Positions 9,185 to 17,845 of a stretch of 64,000 nt of DNA are shown here, one piece after another (positions within the stretch are counted from its first letter, which is position 1; the number at the start of each line of letters is the position of its first letter). The DNA comes from Candidatus Binatia bacterium (GTDB lineage: Bacteria > Desulfobacterota > Binatia > UBA12015): NCBI GenBank assembly GCA_036563615.1, contig DATCMB010000004.1:407293-471292 (forward strand), read 5' to 3'. A program made the translations under genes and the position numbers. The notes under the pieces were generated by a model. It was not told the origin of the DNA, did not search any database, and saw only the letters and a program-made list of their open reading frames with translations.

Positions 9185-9248
9185 CTTCCCTTCGGCTCCG
9201 ACCGCCCACGCGGGCCGGAGCGCGACACCGCTTCCGGTGTGCGGACGA

Positions 9249-9277
9249 GCGCCGTCACGCGGTCTGCGTGACGGCGC
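9249..9277 (-). terminator. Perfect 12-bp GC-rich hairpin between rpsU and dnaG (partial terminator/attenuator-like)
   Basis: GCGCCGTCACGC-GGTCT-GCGTGACGGCGC, 16 nt downstream of the rpsU stop on the minus strand. There is no U-tract. Confidence 0.4.
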
Positions 9278-9292
9278 TCGCCGGATTGCCGA

Positions 9293-9490
9293 TCAGCCTT
9301 GGCTGCGCACGGCGCGCCGCAGCGCGCGCTTGCGGGCCGCCAGCGCCTTCTTCTTGCGCTTGACGCTGGGCTTCTCGTAGTGCTCGCGTTTGCGCAGCTC
9401 GGAGAGGATGCCTGCCTTCTCGCACTGCTTCTTGAAGCGCCGGATGGCGCTCTCGATCGGCTCGTTTTCCTTGACTCGTACTCCCGGCAT
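9293..9490 (-). CDS. rpsU: 30S ribosomal protein S21
   Basis: 65-aa protein [55 protein letters not shown], canonical S21. The ATG at 9490 is confirmed. Confidence 0.9.
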   Translation of the reverse strand: MPGVRVKENEPIESAIRRFKKQCEKAGILSELRKREHYEKPSVKRKKKALAARKRALRRAVRSQG

Positions 9491-9561
9491 TGAGGAACAA
9501 CACCCCCCTTCGCTGCTCGGCTCGAAGGAATCTGCATAGCTCGGATACCGAGGGCCGGATG

Positions 9562-10366
9562 TCAAGCAGGGGCGGACAGGCGGCGGACCGCTTCGCGCAG
9601 CCGGTCCGGGTGGTCGCTCATCAGCCCGTCGACGCCGTAGCCCGCGAGGCGCAGCATGTCGGCGAGCGCGTTGACCGTCCAGACGTACACCGCGAGGCCC
9701 CGCTCGTGCGCCTCGCGGACCAGCGCCGGCGTCACCGTCGAGGCGCGCGGGTGGAGCGCGACCGCCCCGAGCGCCGCGGCGAGCTGCCACGCGCGGTCGA
9801 ACGGCGGCGCGTCCCAGAGGATGCCGATCCGCGCCGCGTCGGACGCGGACCGCGCCGCCTCGACGCATACCGGATCGAACGACGAGAACACCACCCGATC
9901 GAGCGCGCCGCGCGCGGCGACCGCGCCGACCGCCGCCTGCGCGAGCCGCTGCGCGGCCTCGCGGCTGCCACGGCTCTTGAGCTCGAGGTTGAGCTGCGCC
10001 CGCGGCAGCACGAGCTCGAGCGTCTCCTCGAGCGTCGGCATGCGCTCGCCCGCATAGCGGCGGTCGCGCCAGGCGCCGACGTCGAGCCGGCGCAGCGCCG
10101 CGAGCGTCAGCTCGCGGACGACGCCGCTGCCGTTGCTCGTGCGCTCGAGCGTCCAGTCGTGGAACACGACCACGTGTCCGTCGGCGGTGAGCTGCAGGTC
10201 GCACTCGATCATCTGCGCGTCGAGCTCGAGCGCGCGGCGGAAGGCGGCGAGCGTGTTCTCGGGACACTCGGCCGACGCCCCGCGGTGCGCGATGCGCAGG
10301 AAGCCGCCGGCCTGCGGGCCACCCGACGTCGGGCTCGCGGGAGCGTTCGGGTCTGCAGCGGACATG
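9562..10366 (-). CDS. Glycerophosphodiester phosphodiesterase (GDPD/UgpQ family)
   Basis: GDPD signature HRG...ENT ([18 protein letters not shown]) plus EcD, HDW and FSSFD motifs. The ATG at 10366 (MSAADPNAP) was verified; an upstream ATG at 10407 is an alternative. Confidence 0.75.
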
Positions 10367-10437
10367 ACCGCGCGCTCCGGTAGCAGACGCCGCGCGCGGG
10401 TCGCCACGCGGGGCGACGGTCGCTAACCTCCGCCGCC

Positions 10438-11442
10438 ATGCCGCAGCCTGCCGAGCCCTGGTCGAGGTTCTCGGCCCGCGTGCCGGCCGAGGTCGCGGAC
10501 GCGCTCGGCGCGCGCTGCATCGAGCTCGGCGCGCCGGGCGTGATCGTCGACGAGCGCGACCTGCGCCGCGCGCCCACCGACGGCACCGCGCCGCCGCCGC
10601 GCGGCACGACGCGCTTCACCGCGTACTTCCCTCCCCGCCTCGACCCGCAGCGGATCGAAGCCGAGCTGCGCGCGGCGCTCGACGCGCTCGCCGCCGAGTT
10701 CCCGATCGCGCGCCGGCGCGAGATCCGCATCGAGCCGTTCCGCCCACCGCCCTACGATCGCACCTGGCGGCGGCACTTCCCGCCCGTACGGATCGGTCGG
10801 AAGCTGCTGGTGGCGCCGTCGTGGTGCACGAAGCGAGAGATCGCGCCGCTCGCCGCGGGACGCGTGGTGCTGCGCGTCGATCCCGCGCGCGCCTTCGGCA
10901 CCGGTCACCATCCGACGACCCGCGGCTGCCTGGTCGCGATCGAGCGCGCGTGTCTGCGCACGCCGCCGGCGAGCGGCCTCGACGTCGGCAGCGGCAGCGG
11001 CATCCTCGCGGTCGCGATGCGTGCGCTCGGCGTCGAGCGCGTGGTCGCCGTGGAGACGGATCCGGTCGCGCGCGAGGCGACCGCGGCCTGCGCCGCGGCG
11101 AACGGCTTCCCCGACGTCCACGTGCTCGCATCGCTCGCGCGCGCGCGCGGTCGCTACGACCTGGTGGTCGCGAACCTCTACGCAGGGCTGCTGATCGAGA
11201 TGGCGGAGGCGCTCGCGGCGCGCGTGCGTCCGGGCGGCACGCTGATCGTGTCGGGGCTGCTCGCGTCGCAGGAGCGCGAAGTCCGCGCGGCGCTCGAAAG
11301 CGCGGGCTTCACGCTCGAGCGCCGCGAGTGCCGCGCGACGTGGAGCACGCTGACGCTCGTCCGCGACGACGTAGGACGTGCACGCAGTGCGCCTCGACGC
11401 GCGCGCAGCGCGCCACGACGCACACGGAGCGGCACACGTTGA
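10438..11442 (+). CDS. prmA: Ribosomal protein L11 methyltransferase PrmA
   Basis: PrmA N-terminal domain and a SAM-MTase motif I ([12 protein letters not shown]). It carries a C-terminal Arg/Ala/Pro-rich tail, and its stop overlaps the rsmE TTG (TTGA). Confidence 0.8.
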   Translation: MPQPAEPWSRFSARVPAEVADALGARCIELGAPGVIVDERDLRRAPTDGTAPPPRGTTRFTAYFPPRLDPQRIEAELRAALDALAAEFPIARRREIRIEPFRPPPYDRTWRRHFPPVRIGRKLLVAPSWCTKREIAPLAAGRVVLRVDPARAFGTGHHPTTRGCLVAIERACLRTPPASGLDVGSGSGILAVAMRALGVERVVAVETDPVAREATAACAAANGFPDVHVLASLARARGRYDLVVANLYAGLLIEMAEALAARVRPGGTLIVSGLLASQEREVRAALESAGFTLERRECRATWSTLTLVRDDVGRARSAPRRARSAPRRTRSGTR

Positions 11443-12170
11443 AAGGTCGCTTCTTCGTCGACCCCGACCCCACGCACTCCGAGCGCGCATCGCTCGACGC
11501 CGCCGGAGCGCGTCACCTGCGCGCCCTGCGCGTGCGCGAGGGCGACGAGGTGTGCGCGATCGTCGGCCCCGGCCGCGAGCGCGCCGCCGTCATCGAGCGG
11601 CTCGGACGCGACGGCGCGCTGCTCGCGCTCGGCACGGAGCTGCCGCCCAGCGGACGCGACCCCGTCGCCGCGCGCACGCTCGCGCTCGCGCTCGGCGACC
11701 TCGCGCGCATGGATCTCGTGGTCGAGAAGGCGACCGAGCTCGGCGCGACCGCGCTGCAGCCGTTCGTCGCCGAGCGCAGCCAGGCCCGCACGCTGCCGGA
11801 GACGCGGCTCGAGCGCTGGCGGCGCATTGCGCGCGCCGCGTGCGAGCAGTGCGGACGCACGCGCGAGCCGGAGATCCGTCCGTGCGTCGACTTCGCGACG
11901 CTCGTCGGCGCGCTCGATCCCGCGGCGCTCGTCTGGCTGCTGACGCCCGACGGCGATTCTCCTCGCGTGCTGCGAAGCAGCGACACACGTCGCCAGGAGC
12001 GGCCGCTGGTCCTCGTCGTCGGACCGGAGGGCGGGCTCGTCGAGCGCGAGACGGCGGCGCTGCTCGCACGCGGCGCCGAGCCCGTCCGTCTCGGACGCAG
12101 CACGCTGCGCTTCGAGACCGCGGCGCTCGCCGGCCTCGCCGCCGCAGCCGCCCTCTTCCCGGACGGCTGA
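11439..12170 (+). CDS. rsmE: 16S rRNA (uracil1498-N3)-methyltransferase RsmE
   Basis: RsmE/SPOUT-fold: N-terminal PUA-like part (HLRALRVREGDEV) and C-terminal motifs (LVVGPEGGL, LGRSTLRFETAALAGLA). A TTG start at 11439 is inferred ([11 protein letters not shown]), in frame with the longer track ORF. Confidence 0.75.
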   Translation: MKGRFFVDPDPTHSERASLDAAGARHLRALRVREGDEVCAIVGPGRERAAVIERLGRDGALLALGTELPPSGRDPVAARTLALALGDLARMDLVVEKATELGATALQPFVAERSQARTLPETRLERWRRIARAACEQCGRTREPEIRPCVDFATLVGALDPAALVWLLTPDGDSPRVLRSSDTRRQERPLVLVVGPEGGLVERETAALLARGAEPVRLGRSTLRFETAALAGLAAAAALFPDG

Positions 12171-12185
12171 CGCACAAGCCGCGCC

Positions 12186-12234
12186 GTGCGGACGCGCGGG
12201 ACTGCGCGGCCCGGGGTACGCGTCCGCGGGGCCA
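12186..12234 (+). terminator. Putative terminator hairpin after rsmE
   Basis: GCGGACGCG...(22-nt loop containing CCGGG/CCCGG)...CGCGTCCGC, a 9-bp GC stem 16 nt after the rsmE stop. There is no T-tract. Confidence 0.3.
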
Positions 12235-12260
12235 ACTGGCGTTCGCGGGACGCTTCTGGA

Positions 12261-13034
12261 ATGAGTTGCCCCATGATGAATTGCGCCGAGTGCGGGGCAC
12301 CGCTGTCCCGCGCCGCCGAGACCTGCGAGGCGTGCGGAGCGCGCCCGGCCTCGGGACATCTGAACGGCTCCGCGCACGCCGAGGTCGAGGAGGACGACGG
12401 GCTGGTCTACGACACCGACGAGCCCCGGCTCGACGACCCGGACGAGGAGCACGGCGACCTGCGGCTCGCCAACCCCGCGGCGCAGCGCGTCGAGCGTCGC
12501 GAGCCGTCCTTCGTGCGGCAGCCGCTGCCCGACGATCCGACGGTGCCGACCCCGCGCTTCGTCACCGCGACCGCCGCGACGGCGGAGGGCACGGTGCGCG
12601 CCGGGGTCGTGCGGCGCGGGCTCGCGCTGGGCATCGACCTCGTCCTGCTGGGCCTGCTCGACGCCGTGCTGTTCGCGCTCGCGACCTCGGCGGTGATGAC
12701 CGCGGAGACCCTCTCCGGAACGCGGATCGGCGACCCGGCGAGCTTCGTCGGCTCGCTGCTGTCGGCAGGCTCGACGACGCTCGGCATCGGCTACTTCTCG
12801 GTGCTGAACGCGCGCGCCGGGCAGACGCTCGGCAAGGCGGCGCTCGGCATCCGCGTCGTCGGACGCAACGGCGCGCCGATCGGCATCGCGCGCGGCGTGC
12901 TGCGCACCGCGGGCCTGCTGCTCTCGATGGCGACGCTCGGCGCAGGCTTCCTGTTCGCGCTCGGTCCGTCGAAGCGCGCGCTGCACGACTACCTCGCCGA
13001 CACCATCGTCGTCCGCACGCGGGGGAACGCTTGA
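12261..13034 (+). CDS. RDD-family membrane protein with N-terminal zinc-ribbon
   Basis: N-terminal CxxC...CxxC (MSCPMMNCAECG...CEAC), an acidic linker, then an RDD domain with 3 TM helices (LALGIDLVLLGLLD..., YFSVLNARAGQTLGKAALGIRVV). The ATG at 12261 is verified. Confidence 0.65.
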   Translation: MSCPMMNCAECGAPLSRAAETCEACGARPASGHLNGSAHAEVEEDDGLVYDTDEPRLDDPDEEHGDLRLANPAAQRVERREPSFVRQPLPDDPTVPTPRFVTATAATAEGTVRAGVVRRGLALGIDLVLLGLLDAVLFALATSAVMTAETLSGTRIGDPASFVGSLLSAGSTTLGIGYFSVLNARAGQTLGKAALGIRVVGRNGAPIGIARGVLRTAGLLLSMATLGAGFLFALGPSKRALHDYLADTIVVRTRGNA

Positions 13035-13999
13035 GCGGGCGGCGGCTCCGGCTCGGGTTCGTGATGGACCCGCTGCCGGTGATCAACATCGACAAGGACA
13101 CGACGTTCGCCTTCCTGCTCGAAGCGCAGTCGCGCGGGCACGAGATCTTCTACATCGACGCGCGCGACCTGGCGCTGAACCGCGGCGTGCCGGAGGCGAC
13201 CTTCCGCTCGGTGTCGGTGCGCCGCAAGCAGGGCGACCACTTCACGCTCGGCGACGCGCGGCGCGAGCCGCTGGTCTGGTTCGACGCGGTCTTCCTGCGC
13301 AAGGACCCGCCGTTCGACATGGACTTCTTCTTCGACACGCACATCGCGTCGCTGGTCGATCGGCGGAAGACCCTGGTGATCAACGACCCGCGCGGGCTGC
13401 GCGAGGCGAACGAGAAGCTCTACGCGCTGAACTTCCCCGACGTGATCCCCGAGAGCCTGGTGACGAGCGACGTCCGACGGCTCAAGGAGTTCCTCGTCGA
13501 CATGGGCGGCGAGATGATCATCAAGCCGCTCGACGGCTGCGGCGGCGCGGGCGTCTTCCACCTGCACCGCGGCGACCGCAACCTGAACTCGATCCTCGAG
13601 TTCGCGACCAACGAGAGCCGCCGGCGCGTGATGGCGCAGCGCTACCTCCCCGAGGTGCGCAAGGGCGACAAGCGCATCATCCTGATCGACGGCGAGCCGC
13701 GCGGCGCCGTGCTGCGCGTCCCGAGCGAGGAGGAGGCGCGCTCGAACCTGCACGTCGGCGGCTCGGCGGTGGCGTTCGAGATGAGCCCGCGCGACCTCGA
13801 GATCTGCGCCCGCGTCGGCCCGAAGCTGCGCGAGGACGGCCTGGTGTTCGTCGGCCTCGACGTGATCGGCGACTACTTGACGGAGGTCAACGTCACGAGC
13901 CCGACCGGCGTCCAGGAGATCGCGGCGCTCTACGGCAAGCACCTCGAGGTCGAGATGATCGACTGGGTCGAGCGCGCGGCGGAGAAGCTCGAGCGCTAG
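13031..13999 (+). CDS. gshB: Glutathione synthetase (ATP-grasp)
   Basis: Collinear with E. coli GshB throughout: LGFVMDPLPVINIDKDTTFAFLLEAQSRGHE..., KPLDGCGGAGVF, VGLDVIGDYLTEVNVTSPTG. The start is either a TTG at 13031 overlapping the preceding stop, or a GTG/ATG at 13061/13064. Confidence 0.85.
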   Translation: MSGRRLRLGFVMDPLPVINIDKDTTFAFLLEAQSRGHEIFYIDARDLALNRGVPEATFRSVSVRRKQGDHFTLGDARREPLVWFDAVFLRKDPPFDMDFFFDTHIASLVDRRKTLVINDPRGLREANEKLYALNFPDVIPESLVTSDVRRLKEFLVDMGGEMIIKPLDGCGGAGVFHLHRGDRNLNSILEFATNESRRRVMAQRYLPEVRKGDKRIILIDGEPRGAVLRVPSEEEARSNLHVGGSAVAFEMSPRDLEICARVGPKLREDGLVFVGLDVIGDYLTEVNVTSPTGVQEIAALYGKHLEVEMIDWVERAAEKLER

Positions 14000-14080
14000 A
14001 AGGCGCGAGCCGGAGCCTTGGGTCGCGAGCGCGCGCTCGCCGGCGCCGTGAACGCCCTACCCCGCGCGGGTCGGCGCGCG

Positions 14081-14109
14081 TTGACTCCCGCGGAAGGGTT
14101 CGTTAGCCA
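14081..14109 (+). promoter_or_regulatory. Possible sigma70-type promoter for tRNA-Phe
   Basis: TTGACT, a 16-17 nt spacer, then TTAGCC/TAGCCA, ending ~21 nt before the tRNA 5' end. The -10 match is weak. Confidence 0.25.
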
Positions 14110-14129
14110 TTGGAGTCCGCAAGCGGTCT

Positions 14130-14202
14130 GGCCAGGTAGCTCAGTTGGCAGAGCAGCAGACTGAAAATTTGCGTGTCGGGTGTTCGATTCACCCCCTGGC
14201 CA
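14130..14202 (+). tRNA. tRNA-Phe (anticodon GAA)
   Basis: GGCCAGGTAGCTCAGTTGGCAGAGCAGCAGACTGAAAATTTGCGTGTCGGGTGTTCGATTCACCCCCTGGCCA. Acceptor GGCCAGG/CCTGGCC, anticodon loop CUGAAAA, T-loop GGTTCGATTCC-like, discriminator A. It closely resembles E. coli tRNA-Phe. Confidence 0.9.
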
Positions 14203-14301
14203 CTCTTCCTTCCGCCGCGGCTTGAGGGCCGCCGCGGACGCGGCACAACGCTCGCCGTGCGGGCGTGCGCGACGCCGTCGCCGCAGCGCGGCGCGAGCCC
14301 G

Positions 14302-15498
14302 TCAGCGCAGGCCCGCAGCCGCTTCCGCCTCGCGCACGCGCTCGCGCTCCGCGACCGACGCGGTCGAGGCCACCTGCGCGGGCTCGGCGTCCGTGATCGA
14401 CGCCAGCACCGGCGCGAGGAACTCGTCGACGCTCCAGCTGCTCGGCGCCTGCGTGCGGTGGAAGTTGGCGCCCGTGCGCACCGCCTCCGTGCCGGCACGC
14501 TCGTAGAGGCCGTTGCGCACGACCACCAGGTCGAGGCTCGGGATCACGTAGATGTCCTGGCTGTGCAGGCCGCGCGCGGCGAAGAGCTCCGCCGGCGCGT
14601 TCGGTGCCATGGCGCGGTTGCTGTTGCTCCACCAGTGCAGCCCGTAGAACGGCGCCTCGGCGAGCGGACGCGTCGCCTCCTCGACCCACTCGCGGCTCAC
14701 CACCTGACGGCCGTCCCACTCGCCGCCGCGCGCGAACAGCAGGCCAAAGCGCGCGTACTCGCGTGTCGGAGCGTCGAGGCAGCAGTAGGTGAGCGCGTGG
14801 CCGGAAGCGTCGATCCACCACTCACCCGGTAGCCCGATCGGACCGAGCAGGTGCTCCTCCGCGTACTCCTTCGCGGAGCGTCCGGTCGCGGCCTCGATCA
14901 CGCCGGAGATCAGCATCGAGTCGGCGCTCGAGTAGTTCCACGCCGTGCCCGGCGCGAAGCGCTGCGGTCGGTTCAAGGCGACGGTGAGCTGGTCGGTGTT
15001 GTTGCCGTAGAGCGGGATGTTGTCGGTGATCTCGTTCCACTCGATGCCGGAGCGCATCTCGAGCAGGTGGCGCAGCGTGACACCCTCCTTGTCGGTGCCG
15101 CGCCACTGCGGGAAGAACTCGGTCAGCGGCACGTCGAGGCTCGGGATGTCGCCGCGGTCGATCGCGATGCCGATCAGCGTGCCGGCGAAGCTCTTCGCCA
15201 TCGACCAGCTGGTGGCGAGCGTCGTCGGGCCGGCGCCCTCGGCGTACCACTCGGCGACGATCGCGCCGTTGCGGACGACGACCACGCCCTGCGTGTTGCG
15301 TCCCTCCGCAAACGCGTACTCGCGCGCGCCCTCGAGGATGGTCGAGTCCATCCCCTCGGCCTCGGGCGTCGAGACGAACCATTCCTCGCCGGGCCAGCGC
15401 AGCCCGGAGCTCGAGCCGCCCGAGCTGGAGTCGCCGCAGGCGGCGACGGCGAAGACGACCAGGGTGATCGTGAGAGCGCGCAGTCGGTGAACGAGCAT
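14302..15498 (-). CDS. Serine hydrolase, beta-lactamase/transpeptidase-like family (lipoprotein)
   Basis: Lipoprotein signal peptide (LVVFAVAAC), SxxK active-site motif (SWSMAKSF), a Y-x-N region (WNYSS) and class-C/esterase-like overall similarity. Confidence 0.75.
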   Translation of the reverse strand: MLVHRLRALTITLVVFAVAACGDSSSGGSSSGLRWPGEEWFVSTPEAEGMDSTILEGAREYAFAEGRNTQGVVVVRNGAIVAEWYAEGAGPTTLATSWSMAKSFAGTLIGIAIDRGDIPSLDVPLTEFFPQWRGTDKEGVTLRHLLEMRSGIEWNEITDNIPLYGNNTDQLTVALNRPQRFAPGTAWNYSSADSMLISGVIEAATGRSAKEYAEEHLLGPIGLPGEWWIDASGHALTYCCLDAPTREYARFGLLFARGGEWDGRQVVSREWVEEATRPLAEAPFYGLHWWSNSNRAMAPNAPAELFAARGLHSQDIYVIPSLDLVVVRNGLYERAGTEAVRTGANFHRTQAPSSWSVDEFLAPVLASITDAEPAQVASTASVAERERVREAEAAAGLR

Positions 15499-15790
15499 GC
15501 GTGGATGCTAGTCGGGGACGCCGCGGATTCGCTAGCCCGATCCGAGCGAACGGCTCGGATGCGCGCGCGAGCCGCCGTACGCGCGCGCCGTCGAGCGCCG
15601 ACCGCGCCGCGTCCGCGCGGTAGCACCCGTTCCCGACCGGACACGGCAGCCGCGACTCCCTCCACCGTGCGCGCTCGCGATCGACGCCGATTCCCCCGCA
15701 ATCGCGCGGGTTCTCGTCGCGTCCGCCGAGCGCGGCGCGCCGGTATGGCGGTTGCTGTGTCGGCCGCGCGTGGATCGCTTGGGGTTCGAC

Positions 15791-16066
15791 ATGGACGTCG
15801 TGGAGACGATGGTTCGCGCGGCGCACGACGCCGACGCGCTGAAGTCCGTCCTCGCCGCGGTGGGCTCGCTGCCGGGCAGCCGCGGCCGCGTCTACGGCGC
15901 CGCGGAGCTGATCGAGCTCGTCGACCTCGCGCTGCAGGCGCCGGCGCTCGCGCGGCACGTCACCCGGAGCTGTGGCCTGCGCGCGAAGGTCCGCGAGCTC
16001 GCGGGCGCGTCGACGCCCGCCGACGACCCGGACGACACGGCGCTCGCCGCGGCCGCGCTCGCCTGA
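15791..16066 (+). CDS. Hypothetical small protein (92 aa)
   Basis: ORF with strong GC3 bias matching the host coding pattern (MDVVETMVRAAHDADALKSVLAAV...). It sits in an otherwise empty 625-nt gap and has no recognisable domain. Confidence 0.3.
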   Translation: MDVVETMVRAAHDADALKSVLAAVGSLPGSRGRVYGAAELIELVDLALQAPALARHVTRSCGLRAKVRELAGASTPADDPDDTALAAAALA

Positions 16067-16123
16067 GCCCGCGCGTCCCGCGAGCCGTCGTCGGCGCCGA
16101 GACCGGCAACGGCTCGCGCCAGG

Positions 16124-17725
16124 CTAGACCGGCAGCACCTCGATCCCGGGCACGCCAGCGACCACGCGGAAGCGGGCCTGAGTGCGCGCCTCCGCGTTCG
16201 GGTCGAAGGTGTCGAGCACGCGGAACTCGACGATCGCCTCCTCGGGCGTGAGGTCGACGGTCGCGTAGCCCTGGTTCAGCAGGTCGATCTGCTTCAGGTA
16301 CGGCGTGTTCGCGACGAGCATGAGCTGCTCCGCCACGTGCAGCAGCTCCTCGGGCGCGATCGTGCGCGGATCGGGATCCGCGGTGAGCGAGCCGGTGACG
16401 AACTCGACCGCGGTGATCGGCGACGTCTCGTCGTCGAAGTCGGGCTGGATCTCGCTCGCCTTGTAGAAGTGCGTGTGCCCGGCCGACACCAGCACGTTCC
16501 GGATGCGGCGGCGCGCGATGTACTCCATCAGCTGGCGCCGCTCCCACTGGTAGTCGTCCCACGCCTCGTTCGAGACGTAGACGCCGCCGTTCCTCTGCAG
16601 ATTGGGATTGGTGCGGCGCAGCTCCGGCGTGTCGCGGTCGATGATCTTCCACGGCGCCATGTCGTAGCTGCTGCCGATCAGCTTCCAGGTCTGGCGCGTG
16701 CGGCCGAGCTCGCCCTTGAGCCAGTTGCGCTGCTTGGTGCCGAGCGTCGTGCGCCCGGGCGCGAACATCTGCTCGCCGGGCGGCAGCGAGGTGTCCTGCG
16801 CGTCGATGATGTCGGCGAAGCGCGTGTTGGGCGGCACCTCGGGGTCGCGGTACTGCCGCGTGTCGAGGATCAGCATCTTGGCGAGCCGTCCCCACGTCAA
16901 GCTACGATAAATGCGGTCGTCGCGACGGCGCACGACCGGCATCGCCTCGAACCACGCGGTGCGCGCGGCGGCGAGGCGCTCGGGCGGCCCGGTGCGGTCG
17001 ACGCCGTTGTAGAACTCGCCGTCGTCCCACACCGCGACGAGCGGCACCGCGGCGTGCAGCTCCTGCAGCAGCGGGTTCGAGTGGAAGCGTCGGTAGACCC
17101 GGCGGTAGTCGTCGAGCGTGATCGTGCCGGTGTCGCTGACGTAGACGTAGTCGCCGAGGTGGAGCAGGAAGTCGACGTTCTCTTTCGTGATCGCGCGGTG
17201 CGCGACGTAGTAGCTTTCGTTGCGCTGCTGGCAGCTCGCGAACGCGTAGCGCAGGCGTTCGGCCTTGGCGCCGATGCGCGGCGCGGTACGCAGCCGACCG
17301 GTCGGACCCGCCACGCCGTCGACCTCGAAGCGGTAGTAGTACCAGCGGTCCGGACGAAGCCCGCGCACGACGACCTTGACGTGGTGCCCGCCTGCCGCGG
17401 TCGCGTTCGCGAGGCCGCCGCGCACGACGCGCTGCATGTCGGGATCCTCCGCGACCGACCACACGACCGGCACCGTCGAGCCGTCGGGCGGCGCCGCGAC
17501 GCGCGTCCAGATCACGCCGCCGCGCGGCCAGGGATCGCCCGCCTTCACGCCGTCGGGGAACAGCGTCGCGGGATCGACCGTCTGCGCGCCGGCGCGGCGC
17601 ATCGGGGTCATGAGCGCCGCGGCCCCTCCGGCCGCGGCGGCGAGCATGCGGAGGAACTCGCGACGCGGCAGCGTGCGTCCTTCTCCTCCCGGTGGGCAGA
17701 TGTCGAAGGGCGGGCGGTGGGACAT
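16124..17725 (-). CDS. phoD: Alkaline phosphatase D (PhoD family), Tat-secreted
   Basis: Twin-arginine signal (RREFLRMLAAAAGGAAALMTP) and the PhoD metallophosphatase domain (HLGDYVYVSD, VAVWDDGEF, SAGHTHFY). The ATG at 17725 is verified. Confidence 0.8.
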   Translation of the reverse strand: MSHRPPFDICPPGGEGRTLPRREFLRMLAAAAGGAAALMTPMRRAGAQTVDPATLFPDGVKAGDPWPRGGVIWTRVAAPPDGSTVPVVWSVAEDPDMQRVVRGGLANATAAGGHHVKVVVRGLRPDRWYYYRFEVDGVAGPTGRLRTAPRIGAKAERLRYAFASCQQRNESYYVAHRAITKENVDFLLHLGDYVYVSDTGTITLDDYRRVYRRFHSNPLLQELHAAVPLVAVWDDGEFYNGVDRTGPPERLAAARTAWFEAMPVVRRRDDRIYRSLTWGRLAKMLILDTRQYRDPEVPPNTRFADIIDAQDTSLPPGEQMFAPGRTTLGTKQRNWLKGELGRTRQTWKLIGSSYDMAPWKIIDRDTPELRRTNPNLQRNGGVYVSNEAWDDYQWERRQLMEYIARRRIRNVLVSAGHTHFYKASEIQPDFDDETSPITAVEFVTGSLTADPDPRTIAPEELLHVAEQLMLVANTPYLKQIDLLNQGYATVDLTPEEAIVEFRVLDTFDPNAEARTQARFRVVAGVPGIEVLPV

Positions 17726-17845
17726 GGCGGCGACGGCTAGCACGGTGGCGCGTAGCGCGGAAGACGTCGCGCGGCGCGCGTCCCGCCACGCGCGCCGCGC
17801 TTCCCTTTCCCCTCCGCCCGAATCTCGCTAGACCGGCGCGACGCA

